Of a DNA stretch of 64,000 bases, positions 37,296-50,350 are shown in pieces (the stretch's first letter is position 1; the number at the start of each line of letters is the position of its first letter). The notes beneath the pieces are model-generated. The model was given only the letters and a program-made list of their open reading frames with translations. It made no database searches and had not been told where the DNA came from. Position numbers and translations under genes: made by a program. The stretch is from Eledone cirrhosa (lineage: Eukaryota): contig OZ024757.1 in the NCBI GenBank assembly GCA_964016885.1, positions 8,370,001 through 8,434,000 of the forward strand, given 5' to 3'.

Positions 37296-37678
37296 ATCAT
37301 CATCATCATCATTTTACGTCCGCTTTTTCCTGCTTGCAAGGGTGGGACGGGAACTGATTCTGGCCTGATTTCTACAGCTGGATGCCCTTCCTAACACCAA
37401 CCTCAATTACAGTGAGTGCTGGGTGCTTTTTTGCCGTGGCACCTATACGTCCACTTTACAGTGTGGGCTGGATGCTTTGTTTTGCCGTGGTACCTCCATG
37501 ACCACTTTACAGTGGAATGATAGGGACCCCATTCCTATCATCTCATTTCTACAGCTGAGTAAATTGGAGCAATCTGAAATAAAGTGTCTTGCTCAAGGAA
37601 ACAACACATCAAGTCTGAGAATTGAACTCACAACCGATTGCAAGGCCAATGCTCTAACCACTAAGCCATGTGCCTCCA
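37296..37678 (-). mobile_element. SINE family A
   Basis: It is a reverse-complement homolog of 32391-32737 with a duplicated internal segment. Confidence 0.88.
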
Positions 37679-37992
37679 AAAATATATAAATGTATATATA
37701 ATAAAGTATGTCCATAGAAACATTTGATAAAATATATACACCATTTCCTCTCCCAATCAGCATAATTAACCACACACAAAACCAATTAAACCAGGCTATA
37801 AGATTAAAAGACACCTATGAAGAAATAATAGATAAACAGCCATAGAATATTTACCCAGCATTTCCAACAGCACGTGGAAATCGATTAAATATATCGTCAA
37901 CCATACACAATTAGGTATAAAATCAAAGTTAGAAGAAAAAATGTATATACACACCAAAATTAAATATATATATATGTATATATATATATATA

Positions 37993-38578
37993 TGCAAGGT
38001 CACTCTCAAGTGCTACTGGTAACATGTAACCCAGTACAACCTGTCACATGGTCGGGTCGTCGGCGACTAAACCGGCAACCCCATGAAGTTTACTTGGTGA
38101 GGAGGGTGATTTTGGACATCCTGCAGGACAAAAACAAAACCTGACAAAGGGCGGAAGAACTAATAAGAGTCAACGGCCATCCAAAAATAGTGTAAATGAG
38201 TATATAGTATATATTTGGTAGCCTTGGTCGGCAATCTGTTTAGGAGAGGACCATTTTGATTTCAAAGCCAGGGTGGACAGAGCTCTTTGGCCTTGATTGG
38301 CAATGTCAAACCAATCCTGACTGGGTTAAACGACGACATTGGTAAGAAGGATGTCGGATCAGTAGATAAAGAAATGATCAAGTAACTGTGAATTTGGTTG
38401 ATACTACTAGTGGCAAGGCGATCATATCAACTATTGTTTGGATGTTTCGGTGAGGCACAACCACTCTAACACAGAGTACTGCTTTCACTTGTATGGAGTA
38501 GAGACTGCAAGTGTATATCCAGCTATTGAAAGCTAAAAAGGAGAGCAAGCTCGACCTGATGATGATGATGATGATGAT
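37993..38578 (+). mobile_element. Non-autonomous RTE-related element ending in (GAT)n (paralog 50350-50932; shared 5' end with 45593-46196 minus)
   Basis: Three loci share the 5' block GGTCAC...TACTGGTAACATGTA.CCCAGTACAACC...GGCGACTAAAC.GGCAACCCCA, and this copy has a (GAT)n tail. The classification is inferred. Confidence 0.55.
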
Positions 38579-38950
38579 ATATAAATAGTAATAATAATAA
38601 ATTTGAAGACTAAAATCCAAAGAGGGCTCGATAAGGATAAATATATATCAAATATGTAAGAAGCGTAGAGCAAATATTTATTAAAATAACAGATTAAAGT
38701 TTAAGCAAAGAATAACTGCTTTCACCCTTAACATGATCTTCTGAAACTAAAAAAATCAATCTGTGAACACAGAAGTAAATATTTCGAAAAACATTGCAAC
38801 AGAAGACAGGAAGACAATATTTTGGTTTGTGGAGACTTTCCCTGGCAAAGAACAGATAAAAACGAAGATAATACGTCATTATTTGGAGCAGTGAAAACAA
38901 TTACATGCAAAGACAAAACCACGTTTATGGTATAACTGAAGTCATAGACT

Positions 38951-39127
38951 AAAATTATATTTAGGAAACCGAATGATTCTCGGCTTCAGAATTAAGAATA
39001 ATGTAAATAAATTACAGAGGTTATTGAAATCAACAATAATTAAATATATAGCTGCATGCCTCCATATACGTATATACACATGCATACGTCTGAAGCCGAG
39101 AATCATTCGGTTTCCTAAATAAAATTT
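38951..39127. repeat. Short element with ~39-bp terminal inverted repeats (MITE-like)
   Basis: ATTTAGGAAACCGAATGATTCTCGGCTTCAGA ... TCTGAAGCCGAGAATCATTCGGTTTCCTAAAT. Confidence 0.7.
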
Positions 39128-39134
39128 TTTTTTA

Positions 39135-42100
39135 CTTAGTTCCATGTCACTGAAACTCATTAATTTGAAAGGTATTAGTAGATTATATGCTACATTTAAT
39201 ACAGAAATGGCCTCTAAACGACTAGAACTCTTCAATTTGAAGGAAATAGTAGATTATATGACACATGTAATGGCTTCTAAAGGAGTAAAGCTCAATAATT
39301 CAAAGGAAATAGTAGTGTATATGCAATATTTAATACAGAAATGGCTGTCAAAGGACTAGAACAAATTTATTTGGAGTAAATAGTAGTATATGTGTAATAT
39401 TTAATACAGAAAAAGCTTCTAAAGGACTGGAACTCTTCGATTTATAAGAAATAGTACAGTATATGCAACATTTAATAGAGAAATGGCTTCTAAAGGACTA
39501 AAACTCATTAAGTTGAAGGAAAATAGTACATTATATGCAATATTTAATACAGAAATGGCTTCGAAAGGACTAGAAATCTCCGATTCAAAGGAGAAATAAT
39601 AGTATATACGCCATATTTAATACAGAAATGGCTTGTACAGGACAAAAACTCATTAATTCAAAGAATATTAGTATATTATATGCCATATTTAATACAGAAA
39701 TGGCTTCTAAATCACTAGAACTTTTAATTTGAAGGAAATAGTACATTATATGCCATATTTAATATGGAAATGGCTTCTTAAGGACAATAACTCTTTAATT
39801 TGTAGTAAATAGTAGTATGTATGCAATAATTAATAGAGAAATGGCATCTACAGGAATAAAACACTTCAATGTGAAGAGTATTAGTAGATTATATGCAATA
39901 TTTAATACATAAATAGCTTCTACAGGGCTAGAACTCATTAAATCAAACAGAATAGTAGTGTATATGCAATATTTAATACAGTAATGGCTGTCAAAGGACT
40001 AGAACTAATATATTTGTAGGAAATAGTAGTATAATTTAATACAGAAATAGCTTCTACAAGACTAAAACTCTTTAATTTGAAGAGTATTAGTAGATTATTG
40101 CAATTTTTAATATATAAATAGCTTCTACAGGGCTAGAACGTATTAATTGAAATCAAATGTTAGTGTATATGCAATATTTAATACAGAAATGGATTCTACG
40201 TGGCTGAAGCTCATTAATTTGAAGGGTTTTCGTAGATTATATGCAATATTTAATACAGAAATGGTCTGTAAATGACTAGAACTCTTCAATTCAAAGGAGA
40301 TAGTAGGGTATATGCAATATTTAATAAAGAAATAGCTTCTAAGGGAGTAAGACTAATATAATTGGGGGAAATGGTAGTATATATGTCATATTTAATCAAG
40401 AAATGGCTTATAAAGCACTAGAACTCTTTAATTTGAAGGGTATCAGTAGATTATATGCGATATTTAATACGGAAATGGCTTCTAAAGGATTAAATCTCAT
40501 TAATTCGAGAGAAATAGTAATGTATGTGCAATATTTAATACAGAAATGGCTTCTCAAGGACTAGAAATTTTAATTCAAATAAAATAGTACATTATATGCC
40601 ATATTAAATATGGAAATGGCTTCTTAAGGACAAGAACTCATTAATTCGTAGTAAATAGAAGTATGTATGCAATATTTAATATGTAAATAGCTTCCACAGG
40701 GCTAGAACTCATTAATTTGAAGGGAATAGTAGTGTATAGGCAATGTTTAATACAGAAACGTCTTCTACAGGATGACAACTAATATATTTGGAGGAAATAG
40801 AAGTATATATGTAATATTTAATTCAGAAATAGCTTCCAAAGACCAAGAAACCAGTAATTCGAAGGAAATAGTAGAGTATACACAATATTTAATACAGAAA
40901 TGGCTTCTAAAGCACTAGAACTCTTTCATTTTAAGGAAATATTACAGTATATGCAATATTCAATACAGAAATGACTCTCAAAGGACTAGAACTACTATTT
41001 GCAGGAAATAGTAGTATATATGTAATGTCTTCTGAAGCACTAGAGCTCTTTAATTTGAAGGATATTAATAGATTATATGCAATATTTAATACGTAAATAG
41101 ATTCCACAGGGCGAGAACTCATTAATTCGAAGTAAATATTGCACATACACTACTATTTCCCTCAAATTTATTAGCTTTACTCCTTTAGAGACAATTTCCT
41201 TATTACATGTGGCATATAATCTACTATTTCCTTCGAATTGAAGAGTTCTAGTAATTAAGAGGCCATTTCCGTATTAAATATGGCATAAAATCTATTAATA
41301 CCCTTCAAATTAATGAGTTTCAGCCCTGTAGAAGCCATTTCTGTATTAAATATTGTATAGACACTATTATTTCGTTCAAATTAATGTGTTGTAGCACTGT
41401 AGAAGCTATTTAATAAATATTGCATATAATCTATTAATACTGTTCAAATTAAAGAGTTTTATTGCTGTAGAAGCCGTTTCTGTATTAAATATAGCATTCA
41501 TACTACTATTTACTACAAATTAAAGAGTTCTTGTCCTCAAGAAGCCATTTCCATATTAAATATGGCATATAATGTACTATTTCCTTTGAATTAAAATTTC
41601 TAGTCCTAGAAAATTTCTAGACCTTTCTGTATTAAATATTGCACATATACAAATATATTCGTTCTAGTCCTTTGACAGCCATTTCTGTATTAAATATTGC
41701 ATATAATGTACTATTTCCTTTGAATTGAGGAGTTCTAGTGCTTCAGAAGCCATTTCTGTATTAAATATTGCATATAATGTTCTATTTCCTTCAAATCGAA
41801 GAGTTCTAGTCCGTTAGAGCCATTTCTGTATTAAATATTGCACATATACTACTATTTACTTCAAATATATTCGTTGTAGTCCTTTGACAGTCATTTCTGT
41901 ATTAAGTATGGCATATAATATACTATTTCCTTCGAATCAAAGAGTTTTATTCCTTTAGAAGCCATTCTGTATTAAATATTGCACATACACTACTATTTCC
42001 CTCAAATTAATGAGCTTTTGTCCTTTAGAAGCCATTTCCATATTGAGTATAGCATATAATCTACTAATACCCTTTAAATTAAAGAGTACAAGTCCTTTAG

Positions 42101-42615
42101 GAGAGATTTCTGTATTAAATCTGGCATATATACTACTATTTCCTCATATTATATTAATTTTACTCCTTTAGAAGGCATTTCTTTATTAAATATTGCATAT
42201 ACTCTACTATTTCTTTCGAATTGCGGTGTTCTAGTCTTCTGAAGGCCATTTCTGCATAAAATGTGGCATATAATATACCCTTCAAATTAACAAGTTTCAG
42301 CCCTGTAGAAGTAATTTCTGTATCAAATATTGCATATACACTACCATTTCAATTCTATTAATGAGTTCTAGCCCTGTAGAAGCTATTTATCTATTAAATA
42401 TGGCATATAATCTACTAATACTCTTCAAATTAAAGAGTTTTAGTCTTGTAGAAGCTTTTTCTGTATTAAATATTGAATACATACTACTATTTACTACAAA
42501 TTAAAGAGTTCTTATTCTTAAGAAGCCATTTCCCTATTAAATATGGCATATAATGTAATATTTCCTTTGAATTAAAAGTTCTAGTCCTTTAGAAGCCATT
42601 TCTGTATTAAATATG
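39135..42615. repeat. 71-bp satellite, array 2 (orientation flips at ~41135)
   Basis: It has the same unit and the same inversion junction as array 1. Confidence 0.95.
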
Positions 42616-42955
42616 GCATGGCTTAGTGGTTAGAGCATTGGCCTTGCAATCGAAAGGTTGTGAGTTCAATTCTCAGACCGGGTGATGTGCTGTTTCCTTG
42701 AGCAAGACACTTTATTTCACATTGCTCCAGTTTACTCAGCTGTAGAAAGGAGATGATAGGGACTGGTGTCCACATCATTCCACTGCAAAGTGGTCGTGGA
42801 GGTGCCACGGCAAAAAAAGCACCCAGCCCACACAGTAAATGAGGTTGGTGTTAGGAAGGGCATCCAGCTGTAGAAATCAAGCCAGAATCAGTTCCCGTCC
42901 CACCCTTGCAAGCAGCGAAAAAAGCAGACGTAAAATGAAATGATGATGATGATGA
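42616..42955 (+). mobile_element. SINE family A (paralog of 32391)
   Basis: The sequence is near-identical, including the downstream flank. Confidence 0.88.
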
Positions 42956-44015
42956 TATATATATATATATCTTTTAATCTTAGGTTCAGCGCAGAAAGCA
43001 GTCTCCAACGATCACGATCAGCTTATGATGCCCAGTGGAAGCAGTTTAGTTTAACTATAACCTCAATGATCTAGATTAGTGGCGGCTTTTTCGAGTCTGT
43101 GGCAAGTGAGGTTGGCTGCCATATATATATATGTATATATATATATACACAAACGTATATATATATATATATATATATAGGTAAGTTATTCCGGGTTGAA
43201 TCGGAGGTAACCACAGTAAGTAAGGTACTCAATACATAGCAGAGTATAAAAGTTTTAGTATAGATGAGATTCTACAGGACTAGAACTGTTTCATTCTTGA
43301 GAAATTCCTTATGATTTCTCAAGAATGAAACAGTTCTGTTCCTGTAGAATCTGATTCATACTATATATATATATATCCTAGAATCCCAGAGAACAACAGA
43401 AAAATGCTGAGTTTAGAGTTTAGTAAACAGCAGAAAGAAGGACATAAATAAATAAATAAATATATATCAACATTTAAAATATGTTTATGTCCCCCTTTCA
43501 TATAAAAAGTAACAGAACCTTGTAAAAGTGTTATTACTGTAATATAAAGTAGAGATCCTTTATTTAAACAAAGCTAAGATGCAGCCGTGGTCAAAACAAA
43601 CGTATTATATAACTTTCAAATTGACCCCTATTATACTCAAATTAACCCCAGTGTGGCGTGTATCCCTCGTTGGGAATCCCTGATATATAAATATATGTGA
43701 GTATGTTTCTATGACTGCTATTTCTAGCAGGTTTACTGCTGTCCTGTAGAGGCACAACACAAACCGGAAGTGGCAGCCATTAAAAGACTTTGGCTTAAAA
43801 TCAGTGAAAATATTTTAAACTAGAAAATTTAATGTAAACAAACCCGGGTGTTTCTGCCAAGAAAGATAACTCTTGTCTTACTTAATCGCAAAAATGTTGC
43901 GGGTGTGCAGTTGATTTGGTCCTGGTTGTTGGTATTTGACTGCTATTTCTAGCATGTATGGACACTTTAGAAATAGCAGCGAAAAAAGGAAAACATAAGA
44001 AAGAAGGGCACACAC

Positions 44016-44057
<42 letters not shown>

Positions 44058-44170
44058 GGCATACGTCAAACGGACGGTCTCAAAAGTGAAAGTAAATTTA
44101 TTTTCATTTTCGAACGTCGTGTCTACATTTTGTGTGTGTTTAGATTTAAATTAGTGTCGTTTTAACTGAT

Positions 44171-44203
<33 letters not shown>

Positions 44204-44626
44204 AGTTGACGGTTGAGAGAAGAGTACTCAATACCGAAGTAATCTTGTAAGGAGGCTTGCAGAATGGTGAGTCCGCCATTCTAGACGCTGCTGCCTTGCA
44301 GAAGTCCCAAATCGAAGCTCTGACACTCTCGTCCCCATCATTCAGCAGGGATTTTGCCAGGCAGCCGCATCACCTCCGATGGTTGGGCTTCCTATTCGGA
44401 AATTGAAGGTGGGATTTACGTTCATGATGTTGTGGTGCACGAACGGAACTTTGTAGATCCTGCGGACCCTGATGTGCACACACAGCTCCTAGAGAGCACA
44501 TGGAGCCGTGCAAAGAAGAAGCTTCGTCGCCAGCATGTTTCCTTTAAACACAAAATGTAGACACGACGTTCGAAAATGAAAATAAATTTACTTTCACTTT
44601 TGAGACCGCCCGTCTTGACGTATGCC
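44058..44626 (+). mobile_element. Internally deleted Merlin (IS1595/IS1016-like) DNA transposon
   Basis: TIRs of ~78 bp run GGCATACGTCAA.../...TTGACGTATGCC. The transposase fragment at 44305-44540 reads PNRSSDTLVPII..(fs)LPGSRITSDGWASY....YVHDVVVHERNFVDP...HTQLLESTWSRAK, the second D and the E of an ISXO2-type DDE domain. Confidence 0.85.
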
Positions 44627-44664
<38 letters not shown>

Positions 44665-44669
<5 letters not shown>

Positions 44670-44746
44670 AAAAAGTATGACCCCGATGGCAGAGCTCAAG
44701 CCGTTTCGACGGCTATTTCTGCCGTCGGGGTCATACTTTTTCCTAT
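44665..44746. repeat. GC-richer hairpin with ~29-bp stem and nested AGCCGT-TTCG-ACGGCT hairpin
   Basis: ATAGGAAAAAGTATGACCCCGATGGCAGA pairs with TCTGCCGTCGGGGTCATACTTTTTCCTAT. Confidence 0.85.
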
Positions 44747-44822
44747 TACCCACTCTACTACCCTAAGTATTGAATACTCTGGTGCGTTATGGTCCATCTG
44801 GTTCCTTACCACAATTCCTTTG

Positions 44823-44947
<125 letters not shown>

Positions 44948-45078
44948 GTGAGGTTTCTTTTACAAATTGAGAAATAACCGAGGTGTCCTACACGAGTGAA
45001 AGTATAAAGAAAATGAGATGAAATCGAAAATGCAACTGAAGTCTTATTTTAAAAAAATATATATATATTTATTTGGTT

Positions 45079-45116
45079 CCTTTACCGGTTTCGCAGTTCT
45101 TCTGCTTTTCAAAAGG
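45079..45116 (-). ncRNA. Minimal type I hammerhead, U3-A8 core variant (family H3)
   Basis: It is the exact reverse complement of 45173-45210. Confidence 0.72.
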
Positions 45117-45172
45117 TGAGTTGAGATGGAGGGTCTGTGGTTTTTCTCCCACAGACCCTCCATCTCAACTCA

Positions 45173-45210
45173 CCTTTTGAAAAGCAGAAGAACTGCGAAA
45201 CCGGTAAAGG
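45173..45210 (+). ncRNA. Minimal type I hammerhead, U3-A8 core variant (family H3)
   Basis: CCTT-TTGAAAA-GCAG-aagaa-CTGC-GAAA-CCGG-TA-AAGG gives helix I CCTT/AAGG, helix II GCAG/CTGC and palindromic helix III ACCGGT. Confidence 0.75.
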
Positions 45211-45275
45211 AACCAAATAAATATATATATTTGTAAAAAAAATAAGACTTCAGTTGCATTTACGATTTCATCTTT

Positions 45276-45316
<41 letters not shown>

Positions 45317-45366
45317 ATGACTGAATCTTAACCATCTACTATGTCAGGGTATGTCATGCATCATCC

Positions 45367-45433
45367 TATTTTATCTGATGAGGACGTACTGTTAAACTTA
45401 ACTCAGTACCTCTGAAATATGTATAATAAAATA
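45367..45433 (+). ncRNA. Type I hammerhead ribozyme (family H4)
   Basis: TATTTTAT-CTGATGA(45375)-[ggacGTACTG...CAGTACctct]-GAAA(45414)-TATGTA-TA-ATAAAATA. Confidence 0.82.
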
Positions 45434-45592
45434 TAATTGATCACAAGAATATCTATTTTGTTAATATTTTGAATTTATATTAATAAATCTGGAAAACCTT
45501 TATTTGTTGAGTGCTTCCATTCTATTGTAAAACTCATTCCATGATGTATTCATTGAACCTTGTTTAACTTTTAAATATATATATATATATAT

Positions 45593-46196
45593 ATGGTGGC
45601 TGCCAACTCTTTTTCGAGTACGGCCACTACTTTATATCCATGTAGGAGAACCCCTACCAATGCGCTGAACGAGTGTGACTTTTTAGTCCAGCCAGCGACT
45701 TGAAAACTCTGGTACAAACACTACACCTGTGACAATTATTGACACATTGTGCTGGGCCCATGGTACCATGTGACGACAAGTGCAGAGAGATCTCCAGATA
45801 TAAAGCAATGCCTGTGCCGTGAAGCTTTTATAGTGAGCAAAGGCACTGCACAAAGCCAGTCCCACTCTCTTAACCAAGATAATATTTACCAAAAAGAAGA
45901 ACAAGTCAACATCATTGGATACCATCAGGGTTGCAGGTGTTATATCAGAGTTTTCCTTCTCCTAGAATTCTGCCTTGACAAAGGCTAAGGGGTTATCTCT
46001 CCCAGTGATTTTGGATGGCCATTGACTCTTAAGAGCTCCTTTGACAGGTTTTGTTTTTAGTTCTGCAGGATGTCCAAAGTCACCCTCCTCACCAAGAAAC
46101 CTTGGTGGGGTTGCCAGTTTAGTCGCCAACGACCCGACCATGGAACAGGTTGTACTGGGATACATGTTACCAGTAGCACCAACTGGTGACCTGACA
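45593..46196 (-). mobile_element. 5' portion of an RTE-like element (UTR-like, no intact ORF)
   Basis: It shares its first ~150 nt with the copies at 37993 and 50350, and is flanked by TA tracts. Confidence 0.5.
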
Positions 46197-46214
46197 TAAT
46201 ATATACGTATATGG

Positions 46215-46279
<65 letters not shown>

Positions 46280-46562
46280 TATACGTATATATAACATCCA
46301 AACACTCACATATACATATATGTGTGTGTTTGGATGTTATATATACGTATATGTGTGTGTGTACATATATGTAAAATAGGTGTGTGTGAATGCACGTGCG
46401 CACACACACACACACACACAATTATATATATATATCAGGAATATACGTCCCACAGGGAGAAATTTGTATATAATAGGGTTTAATTTGAAGCAGAAAAGGT
46501 TGGGGACCACTTAAGACAACAAATCGTCCTTTTTATTTTATTACAATTATTATTCTTATCAT

Positions 46563-46597
<35 letters not shown>

Positions 46598-46972
46598 GTA
46601 ATAATGTAATAATAATAAATTTGAAGACTAAAATCCAAAGAGGAATCGATAAGGATAAATATAGAGCAAATATATAAGAACCGTAGGGCAAATATTTATT
46701 AAAATTTTTTCAGAAGATCCCATTAAGGGTGAAAGCAGCGATTCTTTGCTTAAACTTTAATCTGTTATTTTAATAAATATATATATATATGCAGAGGTTT
46801 GTGGTGTAAATACACAATATATTAATAAATGCAAACTATATTTATTTTATTATACATATTTCAAGGGATACTATGACTTTTAGTGAAGAAGAGATCTTAA
46901 AGCATGTGGCCTTTGAAATATGTATAATAAAATAAATATGGTTTTATAAATATAGTTTCCATTTATTAATAT

Positions 46973-47009
<37 letters not shown>

Positions 47010-47015
<6 letters not shown>

Positions 47016-48018
47016 CTAGCTCTTTCAACTGCGCAGAGGGTTCTATAGAAATAGTGGACAGGTTCCGTTACCTGGGTGACAAAATCAGCAGTGGGGGAGG
47101 GTGCTCTGAAAGTACAGTAGCTAGAGTCAGAACTGGTTGGAAAAAGTTCAGAGAGCTTATACCACTATTAGCCGCTAAAGGGTTCTCCCTAAAAATGAAA
47201 GGCAGGTTGTACGATGCCTGCATACGAACAGCAATGTTGCATGGCAGTGAGACCTGGGCATTGTGTGCAGAGGATATACGCAGACTAGAGAGAAACGAAC
47301 CTTGCATGCTCCGCTGGATGTGTAATAGTAATATACGTGAACGACAAAGCATAAACGAACTAAGGAAAAAATTAGAAATAAGAGGGATCAGATGTTGTTT
47401 ACTCAAGAGAAGGCTACGTTGGTATGGTCACGTGATGCGCATGAAGGACGATAGCTGTATAACAAAGTGCAGGGCAATAAAGATAGACGGTAGCCACGGA
47501 ATAGGCAGACCCAGAAAAACCTGGGACGAGCTGATAAACTCCGACCTCACACACTTACACCTCACCAAGACAATGTCACTGGACCGAGACCTTTGGCGGT
47601 ACTCAGTAATAGAGAAGACCCGCCTTACCTAAATACAAAGTAAAACCTACTACAGTCAGTAGGCATCTCTAACAAAATACACCCCCGTCCCACCACCCTC
47701 ACCCCATCCACACCGCCCCCTTCTATGTAAAGTTATGTTGGTGCCACACCATCCAGGCCGAAACAAATGAGATCGTGTAGGTGTCACGACAAAAAAAAAC
47801 ACACACAGTCCACGCTGTAATGTGGCCGTGTAGGCAACACGGTAAAAACCTCCCAGACCCACACTATAAATGTGGTTGGTGTTAGGAAGGGCATCCAACT
47901 GTAGAAAACCTGCCAGACAGTCCTATGCGAGCAAGACAATCACTCTTGCCTCAAGTGGGAAAACCCCCGTCCAAACCCATGCAAGCGTGGAACACGGACG
48001 TTAAACGTTGATGATGAT
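47010..48018 (+). mobile_element. 5'-truncated RTE LINE 3' fragment
   Basis: ORF 47054-47632 (FRYLGD...LHGSETW...RRLRWYGHV..GRPRKTW) is followed by the 3' UTR and a (GAT)n tail. Confidence 0.93.
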
Positions 48019-48027
48019 ATATATATA

Positions 48028-48546
48028 TGTAGGAGGTGAGTTTTATTGTAGTACAATTATTACATATTATTAAACCCTTCAAAATACAAACCTTAACTTA
48101 ACATTATTTTTCTCTTCGTTAATTTTCAAATTCTTTTAATTTATACATTATCTTCCAACGGTTTTTCAACCTCTCTATGTAAAACAATATATTTTTCTCA
48201 GTTATAAAAGCTATCTCTCTCTCTCTATCACCCATCTCTCCTCCTATCTCATCCTTCCTCATTATACTCCTCCCCCTCCACTTTTTACTCTCATCTCCTC
48301 CTCTTTTTCATCCTTTCCAACCTCCCCCGCCCTCAAAATTGTTTTCCCAATATCACACATCAGTCTAAAACTACTTTTCATATTTTGATTTAAAACTGCA
48401 CTATTCACAAGTGTTCTTTAACCTTCATATCATGTCTTCCTATTTTATCTGATGAAAACACTAATGTTATTGCATGATGATATTTGTTTTTGAAATGCGC
48501 ATAATAAAATACATGGAACTCTTTTAACCATCTTTTGATCTTATAT

Positions 48547-48548
<2 letters not shown>
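48028..48548 (+). mobile_element. Third copy of the H1 Penelope-like repeat, preceded by a ~30-bp inverted copy of the element's 3' tip
   Basis: 48160-48548 matches 33540-33903, and 48028-48057 is the reverse complement of 33961-33990. Confidence 0.8.
48431..48515 (+). ncRNA. Type I hammerhead ribozyme (family H1)
   Basis: TATTTTAT-CTGATGA(48449)...GAAA(48492)-TGCGCA-TA-ATAAAATA. Helix II is slightly eroded. Confidence 0.8.
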
Positions 48549-48579
<31 letters not shown>

Positions 48580-49164
48580 ATACACACACACATATATATA
48601 TATGTGTGTGTGTACCCTCATTCCGTTTTCGCTGCTATTTCTAAAGTGTCTATATATGCTAGAAATAACAGTCAAATACCAACAACCAGGACCCGCAACA
48701 TTTTTGTCTCGATTTTTTGCGATTAAGTAAGACAAGAGTTATCTTTCTTGGCAAAAACACCCGGGTTTGTTTACATTAAATTTTCTAGTTTAAAATATTT
48801 TCACTGATTTTAAGCCAAAGTTTTTTAATGGCTGCCATTTCCGGTTTGTGTTGTGCCTCCACAGGACAGCAGTAAATATGTATATATCAGGGATTCCCAA
48901 CGAGGGGTGCACGCCACACTGGTGTTAATTTGAATATAATAGGGGCCAATTTTAAAGTGATATAATACGACCCAACTTCCAGTTACACTTCGTCTACACA
49001 TGTTATCGTGTATCTGGCAGCCCCTACGAGAAGTTTGTTTAGATTTTGGAGTTTATTTTTATATTAAAGGGGAACATAAACATATTTTAGATTGAGGAGG
49101 GGCATGGTGCAGAAAGGACACACACGTATATATATATTTATGGATATGTGCATGTTTGTGTGTG

Positions 49165-49197
<33 letters not shown>

Positions 49198-49637
49198 TTA
49201 TATACACGCGCGCGCGCACACACGCATATATATATATATATATTATATATATATATATATATATGTTATGTATATATATCTATATATATACACACACACA
49301 ACCATATATATATATATATATATATATCAGTTGTTCCCAAACTTTTCTGCTACATGCCCCTCCTCAATCTAAAATATGTTTATGTTCCCCTGAGTCTTGT
49401 AAAACTGAGTCTTGTAAAACTAATATAAAGTAGAAATCCTTTAATGTACTGGGGCCGATATTAACAAAATAATATATTGGATGTGTTTCCCCACCATTGC
49501 CCTGGTCGATTGAGCAACTAAAGCAATAACAAAAAAAAAATAACTTTAATATTATTTTAACCTCTGAAAATCCGAGGTGAAAATTGAACTCACGACCACA
49601 GATTATCTAAAAATTGAAAAAACTTTATATAAATATA

Positions 49638-50023
49638 AATCATCATCATCATCATCATTTTACGTCCGCTTTTTCCTGCTTGCAAGGGTGGGCGGGAACT
49701 GATTCTGGCTTGATTTCTACAGCTGGATGCCCTTCCTAACACCAACCTCATTTACAGTGAGTGCTGGGTGCTTTTTTGCCGTGGCACCTATATGTCCACT
49801 TTACAGTGTGGGCTGGGTGCTTTGTTTTGCCGTGGTGCCTCCATGACCACTTTACAGTGGAATGATAGGGACCCCATTCCTATCATCTCATTTCTACAGC
49901 TGAGTAAACTGGAGCAATGTGAAATAAAGTGTCTTGCTCAAGGAAACAACACATCAAGTCTGAGAATTGAACTCACAACCGATTGCAAGGCCAATGCTCT
50001 AACCACTAAGCCATGTGCCTCCA
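49638..50023 (-). mobile_element. SINE family A (paralog of 37296)
   Basis: The element and its flanks are near-identical to the 37296 copy. Confidence 0.88.
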
Positions 50024-50310
50024 AAAATATATAAATGTATATATAATAAAGTATGTCCATAGAAACATTTGATAAAATATATACACCATTTCCTCTCCCA
50101 ATCAGCATAATTAACCACACAAAAAACCAATTAAACCAGGCTATAAGATTAAAAGACACCTATGAAGAAATAATAGATAAACAGCCATAGAATATTTACC
50201 CAGCATTTCCAACAGCACGTGGGAATCGATTAAATATATCGTCAACCATACACAATTAGGTATAAAATCAAAGTTAGAAGAAAAAATGTATATAAACATA
50301 CCAAAATTAA

Positions 50311-50350
<40 letters not shown>

